A stretch of 28,998 nucleotides of DNA from Octopus sinensis (lineage: Eukaryota). The notes below the pieces were generated by a model. The model did no database searches. It had not been told where the DNA came from and was given only the letters and a program-made list of their open reading frames with translations. The position numbers were made by a program, and so were the translations under genes. Below are positions 10,169-20,685 of this stretch, piece by piece. The stretch is from positions 1 to 28,998 of the forward strand of contig NW_021832959.1 of the NCBI RefSeq assembly GCF_006345805.1. Direction: 5' to 3'. Each line of letters starts with the position of its first letter. Within the stretch, counting starts at the first letter, position 1.

Positions 10169-10236
10169 GGCGGTGCCCCAGCATGGCCACAGCTCATTAG
10201 CTGAAACTGGAAAATCAAAATCAAAATCATCAAATC
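10169..10236 (+). mobile_element. Minimal LINE/SINE 3' terminus with (AAAATC)n tail
   Basis: GGCGGTGCCCCAGCATGGCCACAGCTCATTAGCTGAAAC, homologous to 13497-13537 and 17578-17617. Confidence 0.75.
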
Positions 10237-10253
10237 ATATATATATTTAAATA

Positions 10254-11493
10254 TCAGGTCATCACATAAGTTCTGTCCGAATTTTGAATAAAGAAAACAA
10301 GTGATCAAATGTTATATTTAATTGAAATTTAATCATCAATGTACTTTCCCTGATTATCTATGACTTCCTTCCATCTATTTACAAGCTTTTTAATCCCATC
10401 AATATAAAACTCTTTTGGTTTCAAAGCGAAGAACTCTGAAATGCCAGTTTCGACCTCCTCCTGACTTGCGAAAGTTATGTCCCCCAAATGATTCTGTAAA
10501 CTACAAAACAAATGGTAGTCTGAAGGAGCAAAGTCGGGAGAATAAGGTGGATGAGGATTTTTTCCCAACCAAGCTCTTCAATCTTCTGTGATGTAGTCTT
10601 TGTAGTGTGGGGTCGTGCATTGTCCTGATGAAGCATCACTCCTTTTCGATTCACGAAAGCTGGTATTTTTTTCTTCAAAGCTTGGTTCAAACGCTCTAAT
10701 TGCATACAATAGACTTGAGCATTGATTGTTGCATTAGGTGGTAACAATTCAAAGTGAATTCCTCCGTTGCAATCGCACCAGATAGAGAAAATAAACTTTT
10801 TCCCATGAAGTTACCATCTCGGTTGTGGTTGAGCTTTTTCCCTTTTACCAAGCCACTGTTTACGACGTTTAACATTTTCGATAGAAGATCCATTTTTCGT
10901 CACCAGTCACAACTCTATCCAACAAGGGTGAAATGAGTTCGCGGGAATGGGGTGAAGAGCAGATGTCAACTCAGGATTTGCGGTTGCTTTCGGACAGTTC
11001 ATGAGGCACCCATTTACCAAGTTTAGAAACCTTTCCAAGTTATTGAAGATGACGATGAACAGTTGTATGGTTTGAACTAAGCTTTATTGCCAATTCTTCA
11101 ACTGATAATGCAGGATTTTCTGCCTGAAGGAGCTTATCAACTGGACAAAAAGTTCGATTTTCATCTTCAAGGCTGAAATCTCCACTTCTGAATTTTGCAA
11201 ACCATTCTGCATGTTCTTTCATTCAAGCATTCTTCTCCCGCTTCGGCTACAGAGTTTCCTTTTTTTGTACTCATAAAACATTACGTACCTTAAATGCTCT
11301 TTGGATACTTCCATGTTAGAAAGGGTTTTAATGAAAGAAATTTTAATTCTATGATTCTATAAAATTTAATTAGTTTAAGTGTACACAAATACATGAAAAT
11401 ATTTTATAATTTCATTAGACATTCTAAAATACTATTAAATTTCATTCTATTTTAAAAAAGGTAAAATCGGATAGAACTTATAGGATGACCTGA
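10254..11493 (-). mobile_element. TIR-to-TIR mariner DNA transposon (1240 bp)
   Basis: 28-bp TIRs TCAGGTCATC(AC/CT)ATAAGTTCT(G/A)TCCGA with TA at 10252-10253 and 11494-11495; internal transposase remnant. Confidence 0.95.
10329..11314 (-). pseudogene. Disrupted mariner (D34D) transposase
   Basis: ATG at 11314 (MEVSKEHLRYVMFYEY); fragments WFAKFRSGDFSLEDE, WVPHEL, VTGDEKW, LHQDNARPH, PYSPDFAPSDYHLF in several frames with frameshifts and stops. Confidence 0.93.
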
Positions 11494-11564
11494 TATATAT
11501 AAATATATATATATATTCAGCATTTTGGCTGAGATCAAGGTGTAGTATGTTAATATATATATAC

Positions 11565-11606
<42 letters not shown>

Positions 11607-11669
11607 ATATATATATATATATATATATATGTATATTGATCAAAATAAAAACATGATGCCAAGGATTCA

Positions 11670-11747
11670 GCGGTACATATGTTTCGGGCCTTTATTAGAC
11701 AGATTTAATAACAATGCATATGTATGTCTGTGGCCTTCTTCAGCCGC
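11670..11747 (-). ncRNA. Minimal type-I hammerhead ribozyme motif (left arm)
   Basis: Minus strand reads GCGG-CTGAAGA-AGGCC...GGCCC-GAAAC-ATAT-GTA-CCGC; core and stems identical to the plus-strand copy. Confidence 0.75.
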
Positions 11748-11885
11748 GCACAACAGCTTCCACAGGACATGTGTTACATCACAAAATTCTTGGTTGGGGA
11801 TGCTATGTCGTACGCGAATGAGAGGATTTGCATCCCCAACCAAGAATTTTTGGTGTAACACATGTCCTTGTGGAAGCTGTTTGTC

Positions 11886-11963
11886 GCGGCTGAAGAAGGC
11901 CACAGACATACATTATGCATTGTTATAAATCTGTCTAATAAAGGCCCGAAACATATGTACCGC
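11886..11963 (+). ncRNA. Minimal type-I hammerhead ribozyme motif (right arm)
   Basis: Stem I GCGG/CCGC; core CTGAAGA 11890-11896; stem II GGCC/GGCC extended by AGACA/TGTCT; GAAA 11948-11951; palindromic stem III ACATATGT; GTA triplet 11957-11959. Confidence 0.75.
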
Positions 11964-12410
11964 TGAATCCTTGGCATCATGTTTTTATTTTGATCAATTT
12001 ACTCCACCACCTACACCACCAAACGGTATACACAGGTGCTTATAATTATCAAGTACTCACCCCGAATTTCTATATATATGTATATATATATATAATATAT
12101 ATATATATATATACCTACATACATATATATACATATATATATGCATATATATATGCATATATATGTGTGTGTGTGTGAGTATGTATTATATATATTATTA
12201 TTTAATTGAACACCACGCATCCATTCCAAGTATATATATATATATATATATATATAGGTTATGAGAGGTAATAGTGTCAGTAAAGCCCTAAAGTGTCAGG
12301 TAATGCTGAGTAAGTGCTATGGACAGACCATAGTTAAGCTCCAGGTTCGGTGATTATGCGAATAATGAGTCCAACGTAGGTCATATATCAGCATGTGTAT
12401 ATACAATTTT

Positions 12411-12497
12411 TTTTCAGAATGACATAAAAAACCAAGGCTGTGAGGATAAATGTACTAAAATCTTTACACCCTTGGTTTTTTTATCTCCTTCTGAAAT
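12411..12497. repeat. Imperfect ~87-nt hairpin
   Basis: TTTCAGAA/TTCTGAAA, AAAAAACCAAGG/CCTTGGTTTTTT and TGTGAGGAT/ATCTTTACA (with G-U pairs); 12-nt loop. Confidence 0.7.
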
Positions 12498-12537
12498 TTA
12501 AAAAATATATATAATTTATATTGTGTATATATATATG

Positions 12538-12575
<38 letters not shown>

Positions 12576-12833
12576 ATATATATATCACATACATACATAC
12601 TTACAGACATACATACATACATACACACATCTGTGTGCTACGTTCGGTTATGTTGACACACTCTCCTACTATTACATCATCGTAGGCCCGTGAATGTGTA
12701 TTATGTAGTACTCCCACATATTAGACATCAATAGATATGATAGTATATACCAAAACGTCTTGTAGCGTACTTTGGCAGCATGAACACATTCCGGATTCCG
12801 TACATTACTGGAAACCATTCAAATTCACCCATG

Positions 12834-12877
<44 letters not shown>

Positions 12878-12883
<6 letters not shown>

Positions 12884-13280
12884 ACCTCTTTACTTGTTTC
12901 AGTCATTTGACTGCGGCCATGCTGGAGCACCGCCTTTAGTCGAGCAACTCGACCCCGGGACTTTATTCTTTTTGTAAGCCAGTACTTATTCTATCAGTCT
13001 CTTTTTGCCGAACCGCTAAGTGACGGGGACGTAAACACACCAGCATCGGTTGTCAAGCAATGCTAGGGGAACAAACACAAACACACAAACATACCGCCAT
13101 ACATATATATATACATATATACGACAGGCTTCTTTCAGTTTCCGTCTACCAAATCCACTCACAAGGCATTGGTCGGCCCGGGGCTATAGCAAAGACACTT
13201 GCCAAGATGCCACGCAGTGGGACTGAACCCAGAACCATGTGGTGGTTAGCAAGCTACTTACACACAGCCACTCCTACGTC
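12878..13280 (-). mobile_element. SINE family A, full length
   Basis: Reverse complement of the head-to-tail family A sequence, including GGCGGTGCTCCAGCATGGCCGCAGTCAAATGACTGAAAC and the GTAAAGAG tail. Confidence 0.92.
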
Positions 13281-13308
13281 TATATATATATATATATAAT
13301 ATTTATTT

Positions 13309-13537
13309 TTTAATATTCTCCCAAAGAGTCCGAGGACTGCACAAAGTAGATGTAGCGGTTTTTAAATCAAAGCTGGACCCTTACTGTCGAGAGTCCCAGA
13401 TGAACCTACCTCACGGCAAGAGGTGCAAATGAGGGTAGCTATATCAAACTCCATTCTTTAGAGGAGGCTCTTAGTAATAACAGTGTAGCACAAAACGGCG
13501 GTGCATCAGCATGGCCGCAGCTCCGAGCTGAAACTAG
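13309..13537 (+). mobile_element. 3' end of a CR1/L2-group LINE (frameshifted ORF2 C-terminus and 3' UTR)
   Basis: With two small frameshifts it reads FNILPKS.R.LHKVDVAVFKSKLD.LLSRVPDEPTSRQEVQMRVAISNSIL* (FN.LP...FK..LD..L..PDEP...NS motif); ends GGCGGTGCATCAGCATGGCCGCAGCTCCGAGCTGAAACTAG. Confidence 0.75.
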
Positions 13538-13568
<31 letters not shown>

Positions 13569-13889
13569 ATATATATATATACATATAGGAAGAGAAAGAC
13601 AGACAGAGAGAGAGAAAGAGAAAGAGAGACAGACAGAGACAGCGAGAAACCCTGTGCACAGAACACGACTCGGTATAAGATTTTATACGCGTGTTGTGCT
13701 AACGTTGGTTGAAATGAAAAAAATATTTCAAAATATAAGAAGCAAAAATATGAACGATGCTGGTTTTGATTCTGAGGAAAGCTAGCTGTAATTATAAACT
13801 CTTTGCTTCAAACTGAGCGACGTGAGCATATGGAAATGCTTGTTACATGAACACTGCTTACAGCTGTGAAGTAAATAGATATATATATT

Positions 13890-13986
13890 GGCGTAGGAGT
13901 GACTGTTTGGTAAGTAGCTTCCTTACGAACCACATGGTTTCGGGTTTAGTCCCACTGCGTGGCACATTGGGCAAGTGTTTTCTACT
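13890..13986 (+). mobile_element. SINE family A head and core fragment
   Basis: GGCGTAGGAGTGACTGTTTGGTAAG ... GGGCAAGTGTTTTCTACT. Confidence 0.85.
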
Positions 13987-14013
13987 TGTTGTACGCCCCA
14001 GTCTTCTTCAGTT

Positions 14014-14093
14014 GGCTTCTCTGGAATTGAACTCAGAACCTTTAGGTGGTAGCACTTCATTAAGCGACGGCTACAACCTCTAGGCTATGGCCA
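14014..14093 (-). other. Degraded tRNA-like sequence (tRNA pseudogene or SINE head)
   Basis: Minus strand: A-box-like TAGCCTAGAGG, B-box-like GAGTTCAATTCC, TGGC...GCCA ends; cloverleaf incomplete. Confidence 0.4.
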
Positions 14094-14230
14094 TAGGCAG
14101 TAACGTAGGCAGAATTTTTAAGGCTTATAAAACCTCCACTGATGTCCTTATCTCGGCTCCGTACCGATTGGAAAATACAGTCCTATAATTCTGAGATGAA
14201 GAATTTATATTATTTCTTTTATGAGACTGA

Positions 14231-14406
14231 TGTCCTCATTTTCATGGTTGCTTTCACTACGTTCGCGCTCTTCTATGCTCCACTCTTCTTCAGGTGTCTT
14301 TTGATTCAGCTTAGTGCTTTAGGTTCTGTCCCACGGAAGATGCCCGGAGAAAGCTGGAGGATACAACAGTCGAAATGTAGTGAAAATAACAGTTACGATG
14401 AGGACA
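14231..14406. mobile_element. Decayed inverted pair of Penelope-like termini with hammerhead remnants
   Basis: TGTCCTCAT..TTTCACTAC versus GTAGTGAAA..ATGAGGACA; minus strand CAC-CTGAAGA..CGAAC-GTA-GTG; plus strand CGGAAGA..CGAAAT-GTA-GTG. Confidence 0.55.
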
Positions 14407-14488
14407 CCATTCCGACTAATATATACAGTGTGCAGAAGGGAATTTACTATAGTGAAATAACGGAGGGCAATTTCAGGTCTTCTTTTAC

Positions 14489-14714
14489 CTTATATTTGTT
14501 TCCGTCATTAGATTACGGCTGTGCAGGGGCGCTGATTTCATGTGTTTAGTGAAGCAAATCGACCCAAATACTAGTCTCTTAAAGACTATTACATCTATCG
14601 GTCTCTTTTGCCGAACCCCTAAACCCCTAATGTTAACAGGACGTGAGAACATCAACACCAGTTCTTGGGGACAAACACAAACCGCACAATTACACACATA
14701 CACATAATAGATAG

Positions 14715-14811
<97 letters not shown>

Positions 14812-14960
14812 CGACGGGCTTCCACAGAGTTTTCATTTACAAAATTCACTCATAAATCATTTGGCGACTCGGAGCTATCGTACAAGAGACTTGTCTGAGG
14901 TACGCGAAGTGAGACTGAACCCGAAAACAGATAGTGAAAAGCGAGTTTCTGCACCTCAGG
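14489..14960 (-). mobile_element. Diverged SINE family A with its linker expanded into (GATA)n at 14709-14810
   Basis: 3' body (ATCGACCC, TCTATCGGTCTCTTTTGCCGAAC) left of the array; 5' half (GACGGGCTTCC ... GACTGAACCCG) right of it. Confidence 0.75.
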
Positions 14961-15410
14961 GCCAAGGCTGCCAGGAATTGCAGGAATATTCTGCCAAAAT
15001 CGTTAACGCATCTCAAAAGTATGGAATTTACCATTATAAAACACTGGAAATATTTCCAAATTAAGTCAATTATTTGACCTGAATAAAACACAGAAGACGC
15101 AAGATTTGCCGGATAATCGGATAATATTAAGTCGACGTGGGAGCCTCAACAAGGCCAGAATGTCTGCTAGAAATAACAACAGAAATCTCATTTGGCCATC
15201 TCAAGCAAAAGTACAATGCAATGCGGCACTCATCTCATTGTGTGTGGTTAGATGTAGAATGAGTGAATCAAAGTGAGGATGGCCATATCTGGAATATCTT
15301 TAAGGAAAGTGCTGCTAAAATTAGGCTTAATCTGCGATAATTATTCTGAAATCAGTTTGACAGTTCTGACGCAACATTACGCCCGTGGAATATCGCCAAA
15401 GCTGCACCGG

Positions 15411-15562
15411 CAGCAGCAGCAGCAGCACAATAGCAACAACAACAACAACAGCAACAGCAGCAGCAGCAGCAGCAGTAGTTGATAGTGGACTGGCAGAAAC
15501 AGTTAGATGTGGCGTAGTAAATGACTTCTTAAAATATTCAATCATCATCTTATTTCACCACT

Positions 15563-15593
<31 letters not shown>

Positions 15594-15837
15594 CCATCAC
15601 CATCATCATCACCATCATCATCATCACCATTATCACCATCATCATCATCATCATCATCATCATCACCATCATCATCACCATCATCATCATCGTCATCACC
15701 ATCATCATCACCATCATCATCATCGTCATCACCATCATCATCATCATCATCATCATCGTCATCACCATCACCATCATCTTCATCATCGTCATTACCATCA
15801 TAATCATCATCACCATTATCATCATCACCATTAGCCC

Positions 15838-15874
<37 letters not shown>

Positions 15875-15914
15875 GTCATCACCATCATCATCACCATCAT
15901 CATCATCGTCATCA

Positions 15915-15945
<31 letters not shown>

Positions 15946-16325
15946 CATCACCATCATCTTCATCATCGTCATTACCATCATTATCATCATCATCATCATC
16001 ACCATCCTCCTCGTTTTCTTACTCCTCTTCCTCTCCTCCTTCTCCTCCCCCTCCTCCACCTCCCTCATCATCATCAACCATTTTTGCTCTCCTTCTTCCT
16101 CGTCACTTTTATGAACGCTTCTTTTCCTTTTCTTCTTGATGATATTTTCTTCGACATCATCATCATCATCATCATCTTTATCTTTGTCCTGTCGCTCCTT
16201 ATACTACTCCCCTTCCTCCTACTCCTACTCCTTCTTTTTCTTCTTTATCCACGTCTTCTTCTACTACTACAACTACTACCACCACCACCACTATAACCAC
16301 CACCACTAGCACCACCATTACTACC

Positions 16326-16369
<44 letters not shown>

Positions 16370-16471
16370 CATTACTACTTCTTCCACTTCATCATCATCA
16401 TTATCATCATCATCATCTTTTTCTGCTTCTTCTTCTTCAGTTTCTTCCTCTTCGTTTTCTTTTTCTTCTTT

Positions 16472-16538
<67 letters not shown>

Positions 16539-16680
16539 TCTGCTGCTGCTACTACCCCAATGTACTTGGTATTCATTTTATTCTTATTTTCTTCATTTAT
16601 TTCTATTTCTTCGTTTTCTTCTACTTCTTTCTTCTTCTTCCTCTTCTTCTTCCCCTCCTCCATCATCTTCCTCTTCACCG
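15411..16680. repeat. Compound trinucleotide tract: (CAG/CAA)n, (CAT)n 15556-16080, then (CTT/CTA/CCA/CTG)n
   Basis: Direct reading of the sequence; poly-His, poly-Met and poly-Val ORFs are by-products. Confidence 0.95.
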
Positions 16681-17033
16681 GGACCTCTGCGTCTTGAGGG
16701 CTCCAGTCCAAACCTCAACGGGTTCGAGTCGGGCTTTCATCACAACGAAGTCGATAAGTAGATGTCCTACTAGCCAAGCAGAGAAGCAGCAGCAATCAGG
16801 TGTATACAACCAACACACCTACACACCGCCGCCAATCCACCACCACCCCAACACCACCAATGCCACCCCACCTCCACCTCCACCTCCACCACCACCACCA
16901 CCGCCACGTTATTATTGTTATATACACTTCTTAGCTTTGTGCCAATGTGCCAAGGTATGAAGAAATCAATATCTCGGTTCCAAATATTGCGTGTATGTAT
17001 GTATGTATATATATATATGTGTGTGTGTGTATG

Positions 17034-17080
<47 letters not shown>

Positions 17081-17083
17081 CTA

Positions 17084-17119
<36 letters not shown>

Positions 17120-17124
17120 GTATA

Positions 17125-18420
17125 TATATATGCATACATACACGCAATGTGTATGTGAGTGTTTGTGTGTGTTTGTGTATGCATGTATGTATATATATAT
17201 ATGTGCATGTATGTATATATAATATATGTATATATAGTTAATTTTATATTTATAAATATATATGTTCATATATGTGCATACATACACGCAATGTGTATGT
17301 AAGTGTGTGTGTGTGTGTTGGTGTATGCATCTATGTATATATATATATAATATATATAGTTATTTTTTATATTTATAAACATACATAGATATACGCACAT
17401 ACATCTATTTAGAAATATATATACATATATACATATATATGCATATATACACACAATGTGTATGTGTGTGTGTGTGTGTTAGTGTATGCATGTATGTATA
17501 TATGTGCAACTATATATGCACCAAATGGCATTTGCTAAAAAGCATTCGTGAAGTAAAATCACGTAGCAACACCAAATGGCGGTGCCCCAGCATGGCCACA
17601 GCTTGTGAGCTGAAACTAAATAAAATAATAAAATAGTAAATAATAATATATAATATATATATAGTTATTTTTATATTTATAAACAGGCGTAGATATACGC
17701 ACATACATACATTTACAAATATATATATCTATATACATATATGTGCATACATACACGCAATATGTTTGTGAGTGTGTGTGTGTGTTAGTGTATGCATGTA
17801 TGTATATATGTGCAAGTATGTATATAGATATATAATATATATATATAGTTATTTTTATATTTATAAACATACATAGATATACGCACATACATGCATTTAC
17901 AAATATATATATATACATATATGTGCATACATACACGCAATGTGTATGTGAGTGTATGTGTATTTGTGTATGTATGTATGTATATATGTTAACGTATGTA
18001 TATATAATATATATAGTTATTTTTATATTCATAAACATATATAGATATACGTACATACATGCATTTACAAATATATATATATATATATGCATACATACAC
18101 GCAACGTGTATGTGAGTGTGTGTGTGTGTATGCATGTATGTATATATGTGCAAGTATGTATATATAATATATATATATACAGTTATTTTTATATTTATAA
18201 ACATATATAGATATACGCACATACATGCATTTAGAAATATATATATATTTATATATATATGCATATGTACACGCAATGTGTATGTGTGTGTGTGTTAGTG
18301 TACGCATGTATGTATATATGTGCAAGCATGTATGTTTATATATAGTTATTTTTATATTTATATATTTATAAACATAGATATACTATACGCACATACATGC
18401 ATTTACAAATATATATATGA
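17125..18420. repeat. AT-rich minisatellite, about 8 units of ~165-180 bp
   Basis: Recurring markers GCATACATACACGCAATGTGTATGTGAG, TAGTTATTTTTATATTTATAAAC and AGATATACGCACATACATGCATTTAC. Confidence 0.9.
17520..17635 (+). mobile_element. Short LINE 3' end inserted within one minisatellite unit
   Basis: GTAGCAACACCAAATGGCGGTGCCCCAGCATGGCCACAGCTTGTGAGCTGAAAC plus (TAAAA)n tail. Confidence 0.8.
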
Positions 18421-18953
18421 TTATATGTATGTATACATGTACATATATATATGTATGTATGTATGTAAGTATGTATATGCATGCTTGCACACACGTATGT
18501 TCTTAGGAATACACACACAAACACATACATACATATATACATATGAATGTATGTACGTGTGTATGTTTTCTTCTAATATATCTTTGTATGTGTGTGTATG
18601 CGTGTATGTGTCTGTGTGTATACGTGTATGTATATAGTACAGGTGAATTGGAGTGCATATATAAAGAGAGAGCGAGAATGAGAGAGGCGAGTGAACCATG
18701 TGTTGTACAGACATATAAAATCCTAATGTAACAGGAGTCGCCAGCATCAAGTTAAAAGGGAAGGAATCGCTTACGAGAAGGCCCTTTTTACTTTCTCGCT
18801 AATCCCTAAATTCCTGACTGTTTATAGTCAACGGCGGCACTTCTGGTATGGGAGAACAGAAGAGAAGGGGAGAGAGGGAGAGGGAGAGACGGGAAGGAAG
18901 AGATTGTTTGATGGCTGGCTGACTGTCGGCTGGTAAGCCGGTTGGGCGGGCGG

Positions 18954-20371
18954 GTGGGTGGGTGAATAGATGGAGCGAGGAAGGGATGAAGGGAGGTGGA
19001 AAGGATGGAGAGGGAGGCTGGCAGAGAGGGATGGAGGTCGGGAAACTAATATGCAGGGGTTGATGGATGGATGGATGGAGGAATGGATCGATTAATCGAT
19101 GAATGGTTAGGTGGCTAGATGGGTGGATGGATGGATGGGTGGGTGGATTGTTGTAGGAAATGGTAAGCGAAAAATTATCGCTCGTATACAGACAGATATA
19201 CCCATGTGTTTATATTTGCGTGGTTGTGTCGTAAGAAACTTGCTTTCCAACCACATGGTTCCGGGTTCAGTCCCACTGTGTGACACCTTGGGCAAGTGTC
19301 TTCTACTATAGTCTAAGGTTGGGTGGATGAATAGATGGAGCGACGAAGGGATGAAGGGGGTGGGAAGGATGGAGAGGGAGGCTGGCAGAGAGGGATGGGG
19401 GTCGGGAAACTAATATGCAGGGGTTGATGGATGGATGGATGGGGGAATGGATCGATTAATCGATGGATGGTTAGGTGGCTGGATGGATGGATGGAAGGAT
19501 GGGTGGATTGTTGTAGGAAATGGTAAGCGAAAAATGATCGCTCGTATATACAGACAGGTATACCCATGTGTTTATATATACGTGGCTGTGTCGTAAGAAA
19601 CTGGCTTCCCAACCACATGGTTCCGGGTTCAGTCCCACTGCATGGCACCTTAGGCAAATGTCTTCTACTATAGTCTAAGGTTGGGTGGATGAATAGATGG
19701 AGCGAGGAAGGGAGGAGGGAAGGATGGAGAGAGAGAGACAGGCAGAGAGGGATGGAGGTCGGGAAACTAATATGCAGGGGTTGATGGATGGATTGATGGA
19801 GGAATGGATCGATTAATCGATGGATGGTTAGGTGGCTAGATGGGTGGATGGGTGGATTGTTGTAGGAAATGGTAAGCGAAAAATGATCGCTCGTATACAG
19901 ACAGGTATACCCATGTGTTTATATTTGCGTGGCTGTGTCGTAAGAAACTTGCTTCCCAATCACATGGTTCCGGGTTCAGTCCCACTGTGTGGCACCTTGG
20001 GCATGGTCTTCTACTATAGTCTAAGGTTGGGTGGGTGAATAGATGGAGCGAGGAAGGGAGGAGGGAAGGATGGACGGAGAGACAGGCAGAGAGGGATGGA
20101 GGTCGGGAAACTAATATGCAAGGGTGGAGAGGTGGATGGATGGAGGAATGGATCGATTAATCGATGGATGGTTAGGTGGCTAGATGGGTGGATGGATGGA
20201 TGGATGGATTGTTGTAGGAAATGGTAAGCGAAAAATGTTCGTTCGTATACAGACAGGTATACCCATGTGTTTATATATGCGTGGCTGTGTTGTAAGAAAC
20301 TTGCTTCCCAACCACATGGTTCCGGGTTCAGTCCCACTGTGTAACACCTTGGGCAAGTGTCTTCTACTATA
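18954..20371 (+). repeat. Four-copy ~355-bp tandem array; each unit is a GGAT/purine-rich flank plus the SINE A head and core
   Basis: Junctions CTACTATAG|TCTAAGGTTGGGTGG, with units starting at 19311, 19673 and 20019; only the last SINE continues, to ~20435. Confidence 0.93.
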
Positions 20372-20501
20372 GCCAAGGGCCGACCAGAGCCTTGTAAGTG
20401 GATTTGGTATACGAAAACTGAAAGACGCCCGTCGTGTGTGTGTATACATATACACACACATATTTATATACACACACATATATGTGCGTGTGTGAGAGAG
20501 A

Positions 20502-20685
20502 GAGGCCACATTACCAAGTGATTATTGTATTGTTCGCGGGATCGCGGTTTCGATTCCCGGACAGGGCGGTACATTGTGTTCTTGAGCAAGTCATTTCAGC
20601 TCAGGTCGCTCTGTGATGATTTCGACGATTGAAAGGTAGCACATTGTGCACCTGTAAAGGCAATGTTGATTTGATGGAGGGAGTG
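20502..20685 (+). mobile_element. Degenerate tRNA-derived SINE
   Basis: GGTTTCGATTCCC B-box and TTGTGTTCTTGAGCAAG core. Confidence 0.55.

Larger units (their letters stand above)
11635..11998. mobile_element. Inverted pair of Penelope-like terminal repeats (169-bp arms, 26-bp spacer)
   Basis: 11635-11803 is the reverse complement of 11830-11998 with about 6-7 small differences; each arm carries a hammerhead motif. Confidence 0.8.

Noticed and set aside
12640-12760. Possible very old inverted hammerhead remnants (CGATGA...CCGAACGTA on minus; CCAAAACGTC on plus)
   Set aside because: Too degenerate to distinguish from chance without a consensus.
13975-14012. Minus-strand CTGAAGA followed by GAAAAC
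   Set aside because: The GAAAAC belongs to the adjacent SINE core and no stems I-III form.
15385-16711. Poly-His, poly-Met, poly-Val and Glu/Lys-rich ORFs
   Set aside because: Compound trinucleotide repeats with no splice signals or domain context.
18775-18842. Minus-strand acceptor (strong pyrimidine tract, CAG) with a GTAAGC donor 68 nt away
   Set aside because: All three frames contain stops, and the pyrimidine tract is simply the flank of a GA-rich repeat; a 24-nt variant needs a weak GTCAGG donor.
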